DNA from: Vicugna vicugna
Taxonomy: Eukaryota
Direction of reading: 5' to 3'
DNA length: 64,000 nt
Assembly: GCA_013265495.1 (NCBI GenBank)
Contig: MU057584.1
Location: 660,608-724,607 of the forward strand
In this document: piece by piece, positions 25,060-37,500 of the stretch
Numbering within the stretch: the stretch's first letter is position 1
How the letters are laid out: every line of letters starts with the position of its first letter
The notes under the pieces: generated by a model
Told to the model about the DNA's origin: nothing
Database searches by the model: none
The model's input: only the letters and a program-made list of their open reading frames with translations
Program-made: the position numbers and the translations under genes

Positions 25060-27576
25060 TGAAACGGACAGCCACTATAATAGGGAAGCTAAAGCAGACT
25101 GGGTGACCTCATTTATTACATGGAATCCCAAATTCCGTAAGAAGAGAGCTTCCAAACCTGCTTTAAAATCTGCCACAGATTCATCTTTCCTCTCTTTGCG
25201 TGTTGGAGGAATAGACCAGTCAGTGTGGGCAGGGAAGGCTCTAGGCTCAGTTGCTCTAAGGGGGGCTTTTTCTGGTCCATCAGAAGACCATGTTAGAGAT
25301 GAAGGATATTGAATATCATCCTTGAGATGATGCCGTTCTTCTTCCCACATCCATTCTGGGGCTTCACCAGGTCCTACCAGCATATATAGAAGCTCGTAAA
25401 GATCTGGAGACCTGGGGTCAGAGGCCTCGATAAGGATTCTAAATTCTTCAACAGAACTTTTGGAGATACTCCTTGGGTTTAGGAAATTCTTTTAACGATG
25501 ACCCTTAGTTCAGTCTTTCCAAGGAGTGAAAGCTTTCTGAGGAAGTTCACCTGCAACAATGGATCATTTTATTTTAAAAAGTAACTATGTAATAGTCTCT
25601 TTAGAGTGGAAAGGCTGTCCAGACCGAGAATGGGTAAAATGTGAGCGCTCAGGTAAAGAAGGATGGAAGGGAGTGGTAGGGGTCCCATCGGTCCTGTTGC
25701 CTTTGGCTTTTGGTACCTCTGGTGTGCTTTAATTTTTCATTAACCTTTTGTAACGAGTCTTTTAATAAAACTATTTGGGAATTTTTTTTTAATTGAAGTA
25801 CAGTCAATTAGAATATGCCAATCTCTGGTGTACAACACAATGTCCCAGTCTTGCATATACATACATATATTCGTTTTCATATTTTTTCCATTAAAGGTTA
25901 TTACAAGACATTGAGCATAGTTCCCTGTGCTATACAAAAGAAACTTTCTTATTTTAGAAAGTTTTGGAAGTTCATGCATACCAATTAAAATAGGTATCCC
26001 ATTCTGTTCGTTTAATTTGGGAACCTTTACTTTCAAGTGCACTTCTTAAGTAAATGAGCTTGTCTAATTGGAGCATTCCTCCATTGTAATTCTAGGTTGT
26101 TTTTAGTAAGATTTTGCCATTTTTAATGCATATTTATAGCTCCCGGAACCATGGCTTTTAGACATCAGATAAGCAGGTATGCTAGGAGATGGTGTGCTTG
26201 ATTCTAGGATTTGAGAATCCCAATAACTAAGTCTTTGGGTTGTTTGGAGCCAAATCAACACCTTTTAAAAAGGATCTGCCACTGGGTGGGGGATTGTGTG
26301 GTGTTTTCCAGTGTACCTCATCACATGGAAATTTTCTTGAGGTTGGCGGGTGACCTAGTGTCAATCTAACCCATTCTTTGACCAACTTATCCTACCATGA
26401 TGTCTTTGGGTTTGGTGGTGGGCACTCTAACAGCTCTTAAGTGCTCAATCCATACCCACTAATTTTTGCAGCTTTTCAGCCTCTGTGATCTCAGTTAGCA
26501 ACAGCCTTTATTAATACAAGACAAGACAAACAAACATATGAATGTTAATAGATCGGCAATAACCCAGAGACATTACTGGATCCTGGACAAGAAAAGATCC
26601 TATGTCACCGCCAGCAATTCACAACGTGGAACTGGGGATGGGGGAAAAGGCTGAACCAGCAAAGAATGGGAACTACAGGCTGATTCCAGACAAATGGCAA
26701 ATTGTAACTGTCACCAATATTTCCCAATATGGAAGCAGTGATTCCAGACAAATGGGGAATGAACTGGAAAGCCAATTAGATCGGGAGCTTAACCCAAACA
26801 GAGCAGAGCTCAGAACCAAGAGGAACTCATTCAGGGCCCTCGGAAGTGGAGGTGTCGAGAAAGACAGTCAGCTCAAACTGTGCAAGGGGTACCACACCTG
26901 TGTTTCTTGTTGTCCCCAAAGCTGTCACCTTTGGGGACAGCCTTTGTCGCCTGAAGTTTCCTTCAGTCCTACCACTGCCACCAAATCTGTTAAATAACAA
27001 AAACTTAACTGGGTACATTAAAAGATCAAGTTAACGTCATTCAATGATTTATGAATCAGGCTGCATTCCATCCAGGGATACAAAGGTGCTCCACTGGGAT
27101 GGAAATAAGGAAAGGTGTTTTTTGTTGTTGTTTTTTCCCCTAAAGACATGGGCTTTTCCTATCTGCTGTCTTTGTTTGTTTTTTAAGTCCAAGCTCCCTT
27201 TCCACCCCACCCCACCCCGTTAACGGAGGCACTGGGGATTGAACCCAGGACCTTGTGCACGCCAGCTAAGCACGAGCTCTACCACTGAGCTATAACTCCA
27301 ACCCAGGAAAGGTTTTTAAAGGTGGAAAGGGGGAAAAGAAGGAAATTGTTAGCAAAGAATGCATTGTTTCAGGCAAGGCCACCCTCTAAGGGGAACGGAA
27401 GGGTCTGTGGGGTGGATTACCTAACTAGTGCTGACCGCGCGATCGCGGGTGAAGCGGATGAGGGTTACATCAGGGGGGGCTGAAACTGCAGTCAGGTTAG
27501 CGATTAGGTCTTGTTTGGCTGACCTGGGGGTTAGCAAAAGCGACTCCGCTGGGGGCCTGTTGTTTTCTCTTTATCA
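25060..27576 (-). mobile_element. Second ERV remnant: 5' LTR (26988-27576), PBS(Leu) and leader/internal sequence
   Basis: LTR TG...CA; minus strand reads LTR-CA gatt TGGTGGCAGTGGTAGGA, close to the complement of the tRNA-Leu(AAG/TAG) 3' end; extent of internal sequence uncertain. Confidence 0.65.
27220..27302 (-). mobile_element. Vic-1-type SINE in LTR
   Basis: SINE head; flanking aggaaagg duplication. Confidence 0.8.
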
Positions 27577-28039
27577 AAGATTATGAAATATTTCTGGAAG
27601 TGGATTAGTGGTGACAGTTGCACAATACTGTGAACATACTTAATGTCACTGAACCATATATACACTTAAAAAGGGTTCAAGTGGTAAAATTTATGTGGTG
27701 CATATTTTACCACAATAGTAATAATAATTAAAAAAGAATTTGCAGAGGAGGAATGAGGAGCAAGATCCCTTAAAGCTGTTGTAAGGGCTTTGGCTTCTTC
27801 GTGGCCTGAGCTGATAGTCTGTAGGTCAGGGTGGTCTGACCCATTGAATATTGACAAGCTATTATCAGTTCTGGCTCCTATCAGCAGCTAGAGTGAGTTC
27901 AGTGACCCACACAGAGGGCATTTCTGGGTACACTTCCCCTAGTCCAGTGGGCTGAGGGGAGGTGGGATGTACTGTTCTGCAGGGATTCAAAGCAGACCTT
28001 AAACACTTGTGGCCGAATTAGATAGGACAGGGCAGTGCT

Positions 28040-28363
28040 AGGGCTGATGGGCGTGACTATCAGGTAGTTGAAGGCCCCGGGGCGTGGCTACAGTGAAGGG
28101 CAGGGCGGAATGCTTGCCAGGTGGTGAGAGGGGTGCTGGCGAGGTGTGTCGTTCCCCAGCCCACCCCACCCCCAACCCTCCCCCCGCCCCTGCTTCCGNN
28201 NNNNNNNNNNNNNNNNNNNNNNNNNNNNNNNNNNNNNNNNNNNNNNNNNNNNNNNNNNNNNNNNNNNNNNNNNNCCCCCGCCCCTGCTTCCGCCAGGCTT
28301 GAAATAGCCGCTCCCGAAGGCAGCCTCCTAGGCCCTAGGTCGGGTGACTTGTTGACCGGAGTT
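28040..28363 (+). promoter_or_regulatory. GC-rich proximal promoter/5'UTR of the SDR gene
   Basis: GC/KLF boxes (ggggcgtgg, gggcgg, ccccgcccc, ccccacccc) and CTTCCG ETS-like core just upstream of the ATG; interrupted by the N gap. Confidence 0.6.
28199..28274. other. Assembly gap (76 N)
   Basis: Run of n; identical cccccgcccctgcttccg on both sides. Confidence 0.99.
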
Positions 28364-28526
28364 ATGATGGAGTCGGAGTGGGATGCACTGAGAGTGCTGG
28401 GAGCAGTTACCGCCGTGTGTCTGCTGCTGTGGGCGACCTGGGGGGTGGTCTACACAGTCTATGTTTACCTGCTGCCCCAGGCGCGCCGGGGCGCCCCCTG
28501 GCTCCGGGCCCACGGAGCCTGGGCAG
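28364..28526 (+). CDS. SDR gene exon 1 ([54 protein letters not shown])
   Basis: ATG at 28364 (second ATG at 28367); hydrophobic anchor; ends GxWA + G|gtgagg donor, phase 1. Confidence 0.88.
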
Positions 28527-31500
28527 GTGAGGGAGGAGGGCTCCATGCCAGGCAGGTTGGGCTGGCTGGGGGGAGGGAAGGGGAAGGAGAGGCAGAAACA
28601 GGAACGAGGACAGACAGGTGTGGCCAGAGGATTCCTGGAAGCAAGACAGGTGAAGGCTGGAGCGAGAAGGTCAAGGGAGGCACGGGGTGCTTGAAGTCCC
28701 CAAACCTGTGCAGGTAAGCGGAGCAGGTGTCAGAGACCTGAGCCCACGAAGGATGAGGACAAGAACCAGGAGGAGCTGGATCTCAGTGAGGGGGGTTCCC
28801 AGAAAAGGCACAAAAACCCACAAGAGGGAGAATGGAGGGGATGACAGGGTGGGATCTGGTCGGGCTCCCCCACCTACTTCCTGCTCCTTCTCCTGTTTCT
28901 AGTGGTGACAGGAGCTACCAGCGGCATCGGCAGGGCTTATGCACACGAGGTGAGCCAGCGCTTGGAGCCTAGTGGGTGGTGGGAAAACTTCTCTTGTCTG
29001 TTTGCCTCTTGTCAGCTGCCCGTAAGAGACTGCGAATCGTGTGCTTTGTCTGCTTCCCTCAGACGTCCTCTCCCCTAGGAAGCCTTCCCTCTGGCCCCCA
29101 GGCTGGGGGCAGGTGTTAACACAGGGCTTCTACAGATCCTTGATGTTCTCCCACCGTCACCCTGATTTATTCATTCAAAACCTATTTATATGCCACCTCC
29201 ACGTGCCAGGCATCTTCAAGGTACAAGGGTTACAGTGAACAAAATCGATTTGAAAAAAATCAAAAGACCTTGCCCTCGCAAAGCTTCTGTTCTAGTGAGG
29301 GGAGACATGTGTAAATAAGATAAACAAGTACAAAGGACGGTGTGTCAAATGATTACACGGGTTAAGGAGAAAAATAAATCAGGAAAGGAGGACAGGGAGC
29401 CCTGGGGATGTGCAGGTTCCAATTTTTATAATAGAGTAATCAGAGAAGGTGTCACTGAGAAGGCAACAATGGGCAAAGACTAGAAGGAGGTGAGGGAGGG
29501 AGGTGAGGTGAAGGAATTTCCAGGGAGAAGAAACAGCCAGTGCAAAGGCCCTAGGTAGGGAGTGTTGCTTATTGGAGAAGCAGGAAAGGGGCCACTGTAA
29601 CAGTAAAAGTAAAAGGGAGAGGGGAGCTATGGGAGAGGAGGACAGAGATGCAATTTGAGGGCAAATCATGGGGAATCTGGTAGGTTATTGTGGGGACTTT
29701 AACATTTACTGAGAGAGATGGGATCTTGGGGGGGTTCTGAGTAGAAGAAGGATACGATACTATAGTGGGCGAGGGTGGAAGCAAGATCAGCTAAGAGGCT
29801 TTTGCAAAATCCAAGCAAGAGATCCTGATGATTTAGACCAGGATGACAGTATTAGAGGTATGAAAAGTACTGGGGATTTGTATTGATTCTATTAAACAGA
29901 CTGGAGGTGGAGTATGACTCCAAACTTTGGACCTTGTAACCTGAAACCTTGCTAAACTCACTTCATAGTTCTTTTTTTTTTTTTTAACTGAGTTATAGTC
30001 AGTTTACAATGTTGTGTCAACTTCTGGTGTACGCTCCTTAGTTCTTGTAGCTTTTTTGTAGATTTCTTAAAATTTTTCTGTGTAGACAATCATGTCATCT
30101 GAGTATAGAGACAATTTTATTTCTTCCTTTCCAGTCTGTATACCTATTATTTCTTTTTCTTGCCTTATTGTACTGGCTGGAAAATTAAATATGATGTTGA
30201 GAGGAATGCTAAGAGTGAATATCTTTGCCTTTTTTCCTGACCTTAGGGAAAAACCATTCAGGTTTTAGCCATTAAGTATAATGTTAGCTGCAGGTTTTTA
30301 AATGTATGCATGCGTGTATATATGTGTTTACATGACCTTATAAGGTTAAGGAAGATCTTTTCTACACCTAGATTGCTGAAAGTTTTTATCAAGGATGGAA
30401 GTTGACATTTGTCAATTAATTTTTCTTTGTCTGTTGAGGTACGATCATAGGGCTTTTCTTCTTTAGTCTGTTTATATACCAAATTACACCAATTGATTTT
30501 TAAAATGTTAAGCTAACCCTGCATTCCTGCAATAAGCCCCATTTGGTGATTATCTGTTATCCTTTTTCGATATTGCTGGATTTGATTTACCAATATTTTG
30601 TTGAGAATTTTTGTGTCTAAGTTTAGAGGGATATTAGTTTGTAGGGGTTTTTTTTAACTGAAGTATAATTGATTTACAATGTGGTGTCAGTTTCTGGTGT
30701 ACAACATAGTGATTCAGTTATACATATGTATTCTTTTCTGTTTCATTATAGGCTATTACAAGATATTGAATATAGTTCCCTGAGTTTGTAGTTTTCTTGT
30801 AATATCTTTGTTTGGTTTTTGCTATTAGGGTAATGCTGGCCTCATAAACTAAATTACCACAAGATTTTTGACCAAAATACCTCAAAGGATGGAGTTGCCA
30901 TTACTGAGATGGAGTTGAAATGAGGGGACCAGGTTTAGGGGAAAGGGGAAGGAGTCTAGTTCTGGATATTCGAAGTTTAAGATACCAATTAGGTATCCAA
31001 TTGAGAAGCATGCAGCCGAGAGGGTCCGCTCTGGAGTTCAGAGGGGTGGAGATGTACACTGAAGCATCATCAACATAACAATGCTACTTGAAGTTATGAC
31101 ACTAGAAAACAAACTTACAATTACCAGGGGGTAAGAGGGTAGGAAGGGATAAATTGGGAGTTTGGGATTTGCAGATACTAACGAGTATATATAAATTAGA
31201 TAAACAACAAGTTTCTTTTGTACAGCACAGGGAACTATATTCAATATCTTGTAGTGACCTATAATGAAAAGAATATGAAAAGGAAGATATGTATGTATAT
31301 GTCTGACTGAAACATTATGCTGTCCACCAGAAAGTGACGCAACATTGTAAACTGACTATACGTCAGTGAAAAGAAAAACAACTTTGCCTTAAGAAAAAAA
31401 ATTAAGTTATGAGACTAGATGAGACGCCCATGGCCCTGGGGGCCTATGGAGAGGGGCAGCACGATCTGAATCACCCCAAAGTGCTCCCTACTGAGACAAA

Positions 31501-34500
31501 GTAGGGGCAAAACCAGCGTGGAAAGTGAGGTCTCGGAAACCAGGTAAGGAATGCTTCCAAGCAGAGGCGTGATGAATGTGTCATTTGCTGCTGGGAGATG
31601 CTGAGAACACAGCACTGGATTTAGCAACACGGAAGTTATTGGTGACTAGAGTGGCTTGGGTGGCCTGGTAGGAGCAGGAGCCCAGCTGGAATGGAAGCAA
31701 GAGGGTATGGGAGGAGAGCCAACGTCAACAACCCTTTCTTTGAACATTGAGTAAAGTGGGATGGGGTGATAAGAAATGGCGCAATACCTGAACAGAGAAG
31801 ACGGGAGTGATTCTGGCAGGTTTGCAAGCTGATGGGAATAATCCAGAAGAGGGAAAAGTTGTGATGCAGGGGAAGACGGGAGAAAGCTGAAGTGATGTCC
31901 TTGATGGCCAAGAAGGGAGGGGAGGCTAGAACACAAGAAGCCAGGCAACCCTGGGGGAAAGGGAGAGTACTTGGGTCTAGATGCGAGTCAGCCAGTAGCG
32001 ATGGCTGCTCTGAGTCATTGCTGTCTGGGGACTGGTCTGTCCCAGCACCACGCTGTGAGCCCCATGAGGGCAGGGCTGTGGCTGTGCCACCAAGTACAGG
32101 GCCAGGCACAAGTGGATTCTGGGCAAATGTTTGTTGAATGAATAAATGCCCTTCACAGCATCAACCTCTAAGATGCATGAGGCTGTTGAGATGTTTGTGT
32201 CCAACCTCCCCCCAAAGCTGATGGACACTCAGCCCCACGTAACACATCACCCTCAGACATGCAGGTTGAGAGGGTCAGACATGCACCAAAATGCTGCTCA
32301 GCACCCATTCCACAAATGTCTGCTAACTCTGTTTCAAGGGGTAGGGCATTCAAGGCAGCAGAAACAGCATGTGCAAAGGCCCAGAGGCAGGAAAATTCAG
32401 AAGGTGCTTTTGGGGCTGTTGAACTGCCTGCTGAGCCTGGATTCCCACAGAGGGCCACTGGCAGGAGGAACAGCTGAAGACTCAGGCTAGACCCAGGCCA
32501 CTCAGGGCCAGGGTGATGAGTGTGGTTTTATCTCCAGGACCCTGGGGAGTCAAAGCAGGTTCTGAGTAGGAAAGGCAGGAGCAGGTTTGTGTTTTAGAGA
32601 GAGCTCTCTGGCTACTGAGAGAGACCGAGTCTATCTTGGGCATCCGGTGTTTCCAGCACCATCCAGCAAAGAGCAAGGGCTGAGTAAACACATTTTGAAG
32701 AAATGCATGAAGGAAGGAATGCAAATCAATGGATTCTTTATATCACTGAGAATAAAAGCCAAAGTCTTAACTGGGCCGTCCGGAGTCCCATGATTTAGTT
32801 CCCTGTCCACCTAGCTGAGACCCTGGGTACCGGCCAAGTCATTCAGTGCACACCGTACTGTTTGCTGTCCTCTAAGCTGCCAGCCTTTGTGCAAGGGCCT
32901 TTGCACTTGCTGCTCTCTCTGCCTGGAATACTATTTCCCTAGAACGCGTGCTCCAGGAAGGCGGACTTTCCGAGTTTCTCTTTTGTTCACCTCTGCATCC
33001 ACCAGTGCCTGCAACACTGCATCAGACTGTCAGCATCCGGTAACTATTTGTGGAATTGGTGAGTAAGTCAATGAATGCATCCCCCGCAGCTTGCCCGGAG
33101 AGGTCTGAACATCGTCCTCATCAGTCGAGACCCGAGCAAGTTGGAACACGAGGCCAAGGAGATAGGTGAGGAGGGGAGAGGGGCTGGGAATGTCCTGGGG
33201 CGATACCAGGGCATGGCCTGGGGGTCATAGAGGGGCATGGTCGGGGCGGGTGCAGGGAGGGGCCTCCCTCTGCATCTGGGGCCATCGAAGGGGGGGGTAG
33301 GGGCAGGAACTGAACAAGGACTGGGGTGGGATGGGGCAAAGGTGGGACTGAATTCCAGCTAAGGTTCTGTCTTCCACTGCCCTGTCCCCCTCCCCAGAGC
33401 GGCTTTATGGCCGAAGCACCCGAGTCATCCAGGCTGATTTCACCGGGGGCTTGGAGATCTACGAGCCCATTGAGGCAGGACTGAAGGACCTGGAGATTGG
33501 AATACTGGGTATGTCCCCATGCCCTCTGGGAGGAGTGCTGCCCTCAATATGCTCACCCTGACCCAGAACTCCCTTGTGCTCGCCCTCCCTTGGTCGCCAC
33601 CCTGTCCCCCGGGAACTGTTTGGAGTGACGCAAACAATGTGTCCCCTCTCACTCAGTGAACAATGTGGCCAAGCAATATGCAGACAACTTGGGTAAACTG
33701 CTCGACTCTGAGGACATCGCCCAAGTAAGTAAAACCGAGCACCCGTCCGTGGTCACCTCTTCTTCATGCTGCTCCCTCTGTAGTTTCAGGCAGGTAATCT
33801 ATTGCCTTCCACTGGAAAAAATGATCTGAAAGCTACAAATTTATGACGTCTAGGATGTGAAGGAGGCTTCCTTCCATGGGGCGCCCTTCTGCAGTGCCCA
33901 ACCGTACAAGCGTTCAAGCTGAGGCTGCTTCTCTCTGCCCTTTTGTATTCCCTGGTGCCAACTTTAAGGGGACATGACTCACGTAGGAAAGTCAGTGCCT
34001 CAGTTTCGTATCTAGAAAATGGGAATGCATATTTTTGCTGGCCTCATAGGGCTGATATGACAATGGAATAAAATAATGCACATAAACCTAAGCTGTGTGC
34101 TCCATAAATGTTGGCTATTCTGTGTTTGATTTATTTCTTTTTTTTTTTTTAAATAGAGGTACCTGGGAATTGAACCCAAGACCTTGGGCATGCTAAGTAT
34201 GAGCTAAACCCAGCCACCCCCATGAGTGTTGGCTATTATTAGACATAGACAAAACAGAAGATTAGGATGACTTTTAAATTTTACATATTATTATTTCAAA
34301 AGTAATGCATGGCTCATTTTATAAAATTTAAGAGAGGCAGCCAGTGTCTCCTCCCTCTGGTGTTAGAGGAAGTTGTGGCTGGAGATGAACCCTGCATTTG
34401 AGAACGATTAGGAAACTGGATAAAAGATTTTTTAACACCTTTATTGTGGTATGGTTCCTGTACAGTAAACTACAATATTTCAAATGTACAATTTGATTAA

Positions 34501-37500
34501 TTTTGATAGATATCTACACCAATGAAACCACTACCACAGTCAAGATAGCTAACATTTCCATCACTCTCCGAAAGATGCAATTTTCAGATTCCTAATTTAT
34601 CCCTTCCCACCCCTCTTTACCCTCTGGTAACCCTAAGTTTGTTCTCTTTGTCTGTGAGTCCATTTCTGTTTTGTAGATAACTTCATTTGTGTCCTTTTTT
34701 TTTTAAAGATTCCACATATAAGCCATATCATATGGCATTTTTCTTCTCTTTCTGGCTTACTTTACTTAGAATGATGATCTCCAGGTCCATCGATGTTGCT
34801 GCAAATGGCATTATTTTATTCTTTTTATGGCTGAGTAGTATTCCATTGTGTGTGTGCGCGTGCACACACGTGCCACCTCTTCTTCATCCAGTCTTGTGTT
34901 GATGGACTTCTGGGTTGTTTTCACCTCTTGGCTATGGTATATAGTGCTGCTATGAACACTGGGGTGCATGTGTCTTTTTGAATCATATTTTTCTCCGAGT
35001 ATATGCCAGGAGTGGGATTGCTGGATCATATGAAGTCAATTTTTAGTTTTTTAAAGAATCTCCATACTCTCCTTCACAGTGGCTGTACCAATTTACATTT
35101 CCACTGACAATGTAGGAGGGGTCCTTTTTCTCCCTGCCTTCTCCAGCATTTATGGTTTGTGCACTTTTTAATGATGGCCATTCTGACTGGTGTGAAGTGA
35201 TACCTCATGGTAATTTTGATTTGCATTTCTTTAACAATTAGTGATGTTGAGCATCTTTTCACGTGCTTGCTGGCCATCTGGATGTCTTCTTTGGAGAGAT
35301 GTCTATTTAGGTCTTCTGCCCATGGATAAAAGATTTTTAAAATAACTGTTTGAAGGTATCATAGAACTACTAAGGCGATGAGGAATACTGCACCAAGATT
35401 TGAGGGAAGAGAGACTCCAAGAGAGGTAAAGCTGATATTTGAAGCACCATTTTCCTTCAAAGTGGATGAGTGTTTAAGAGGCTAAGCAAGAGTTTTCATC
35501 ATACGGTTGGAGCCACAACAAGTAATGTAGTTCAAAGCTTTGGAAAAAATCCCAGGCTTTAGGTTAGGGTCCTGAAAACGATAATCTAAGAGTCAGGGTA
35601 AAGTAGGTTTCACAGGAACTGAAGCCAGATTTCAAACTATCTCAATGCTCTTTGGGATTAAGTTGATCTGATGTTTTAGCGCCCCCTAGTTTAGCTGCCT
35701 GGGAGAAGCAAAGCAAAACAAAATCTATCATTTTTAGAGAAAAACCGATGTAGTCCAGAGCCTTGAATTAGCAATACAGTTTTTAAATATTAAATACCCA
35801 GCACCCAACAAAATATAACCTGGAACATTAGAAGAAAAATCGTGATTGAGAGCAAAAGAAATAATAGATAATGTAAATAGGTCTACATGTGACCAAGATA
35901 ATGGAAACAGCAGCACAGATGTTTTTGAAAATACATCCCGCCTCTCTCTCTCTTTTTCTTTAATTGGAGTATTGTTGATTTACAGTGTTACAGTTAGTTC
36001 CTGGTGTACAGCCCAGTAACTCAGTTATACACATTTTTTTTCGTATTCATTTTCATTATAGGTTATTACAAGCTATTGAATATAGTTCCCTGTGCTATAA
36101 AGTAGGACCTTGTCATTTATCTATTTTGTATATAGGAGTTTCTAATCTGCTAATCCCAAACTCCTAATTTATCCCTCCTTCCTTTCCCCTTAGCTAACCA
36201 TAAGTTTGTTTTCTATGTCTGTCTGTCTATTTCTGTTTTGCAAGTAATTTCATTTGTGTAATTTTTTAAAGATTCCACATATAAGTGATATCATATGCTA
36301 TTTGTCTTTCTCTGTCTCACTTACTTCACTTAATAATATGGCGATCTCCAGGTCCATCCATGTTGCTGCAAGTGGCATTATTTTATTCTTTTTAATGGCT
36401 GAGTGGTATTCCACTGTATATATATACCACGACTTCTTTATCCAGTCATCTGTTGATGGACATTTAGGTTGCTTCCACATCTTCGCTATTGTAAATAGTG
36501 CTGCTGTGAACATTGGGGTGCATGTAAGCATAGATTTTTTTTTTAAAAATCATGACATAGATAATATAAAATTTACCATTTTAAAGTGTGCAACTTAGTG
36601 GCATTACATTCATTCACAGTGTTGCACAGGCATCACCACTATCTATTTCCAGAACTTTTTCATCACCTCAAACAGAAACTCTGGTCCTATTAAGCAGTAC
36701 CTCCCCAGTCTTCCCTATTCCTCACCCCTGATAACATCTATTTCTACTTTCTGCCTCTGTGAACTTGCTAATTCTAGATGCATTATACAAATGGAATCAC
36801 AGAATAATTTTCCTTTTGTGTATGGCTTATTTTACTTACCACAGTGTTTTCAATTTCATCCATGTTGTAGCAGGTATCAGAACTTCATTCCTTTTATTTT
36901 CTTTATTTTTAAGTTATGGCAAATGTACAAAACATAAATCTTGTCATTTTTAACTATGTTGAAGTGTACAGCTCAGTGGCATTACTGTACATTTACCTTG
37001 TTGTGAAACAGTCACCGCTATCCATCTCCAGAATGTTTTCAGTATCTCACACTGAAACTCTGTACCCATTAAACAGTAACCCCCCCATCCCTCCCTACCC
37101 ACAGCTCCTGGCAACCACCATCCTACTTTGAAAAAATTTTTTCTTTTGGATTTTTTTTGGGGGGGGTAATTAGGTTTCTTTCTTTATTTGTTTTACTATT
37201 TTTTTTAAACGAATGCACTGGGGATTGAATCCAGGACCTCTACATGCTAAGCATGCACTCTACCACTGAGCTATACCCTCCCCCATCCTACTTTCTGTCT
37301 CTATGAACTTGACTATTCTAGGTGCCTCATATAAGTGGAATCATACAGTATCTGTCCTTCTGTGCTTGGTTTATTTCTAGTGTAGTATAGTGTTATCAAG
37401 GTTCATCCATGTTGTAAAACATGTCACAATTTTATTCCTTTTTAAGGCTGAATGATATTCCATTGTATGTATGTATCACATTTATCTGTTGATAGACATT

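Noticed and set aside
28121..28717. 198-aa ORF as a single-exon protein
   Set aside because: It crosses the N gap and reads into intron 1; only 28364-28526 is coding.
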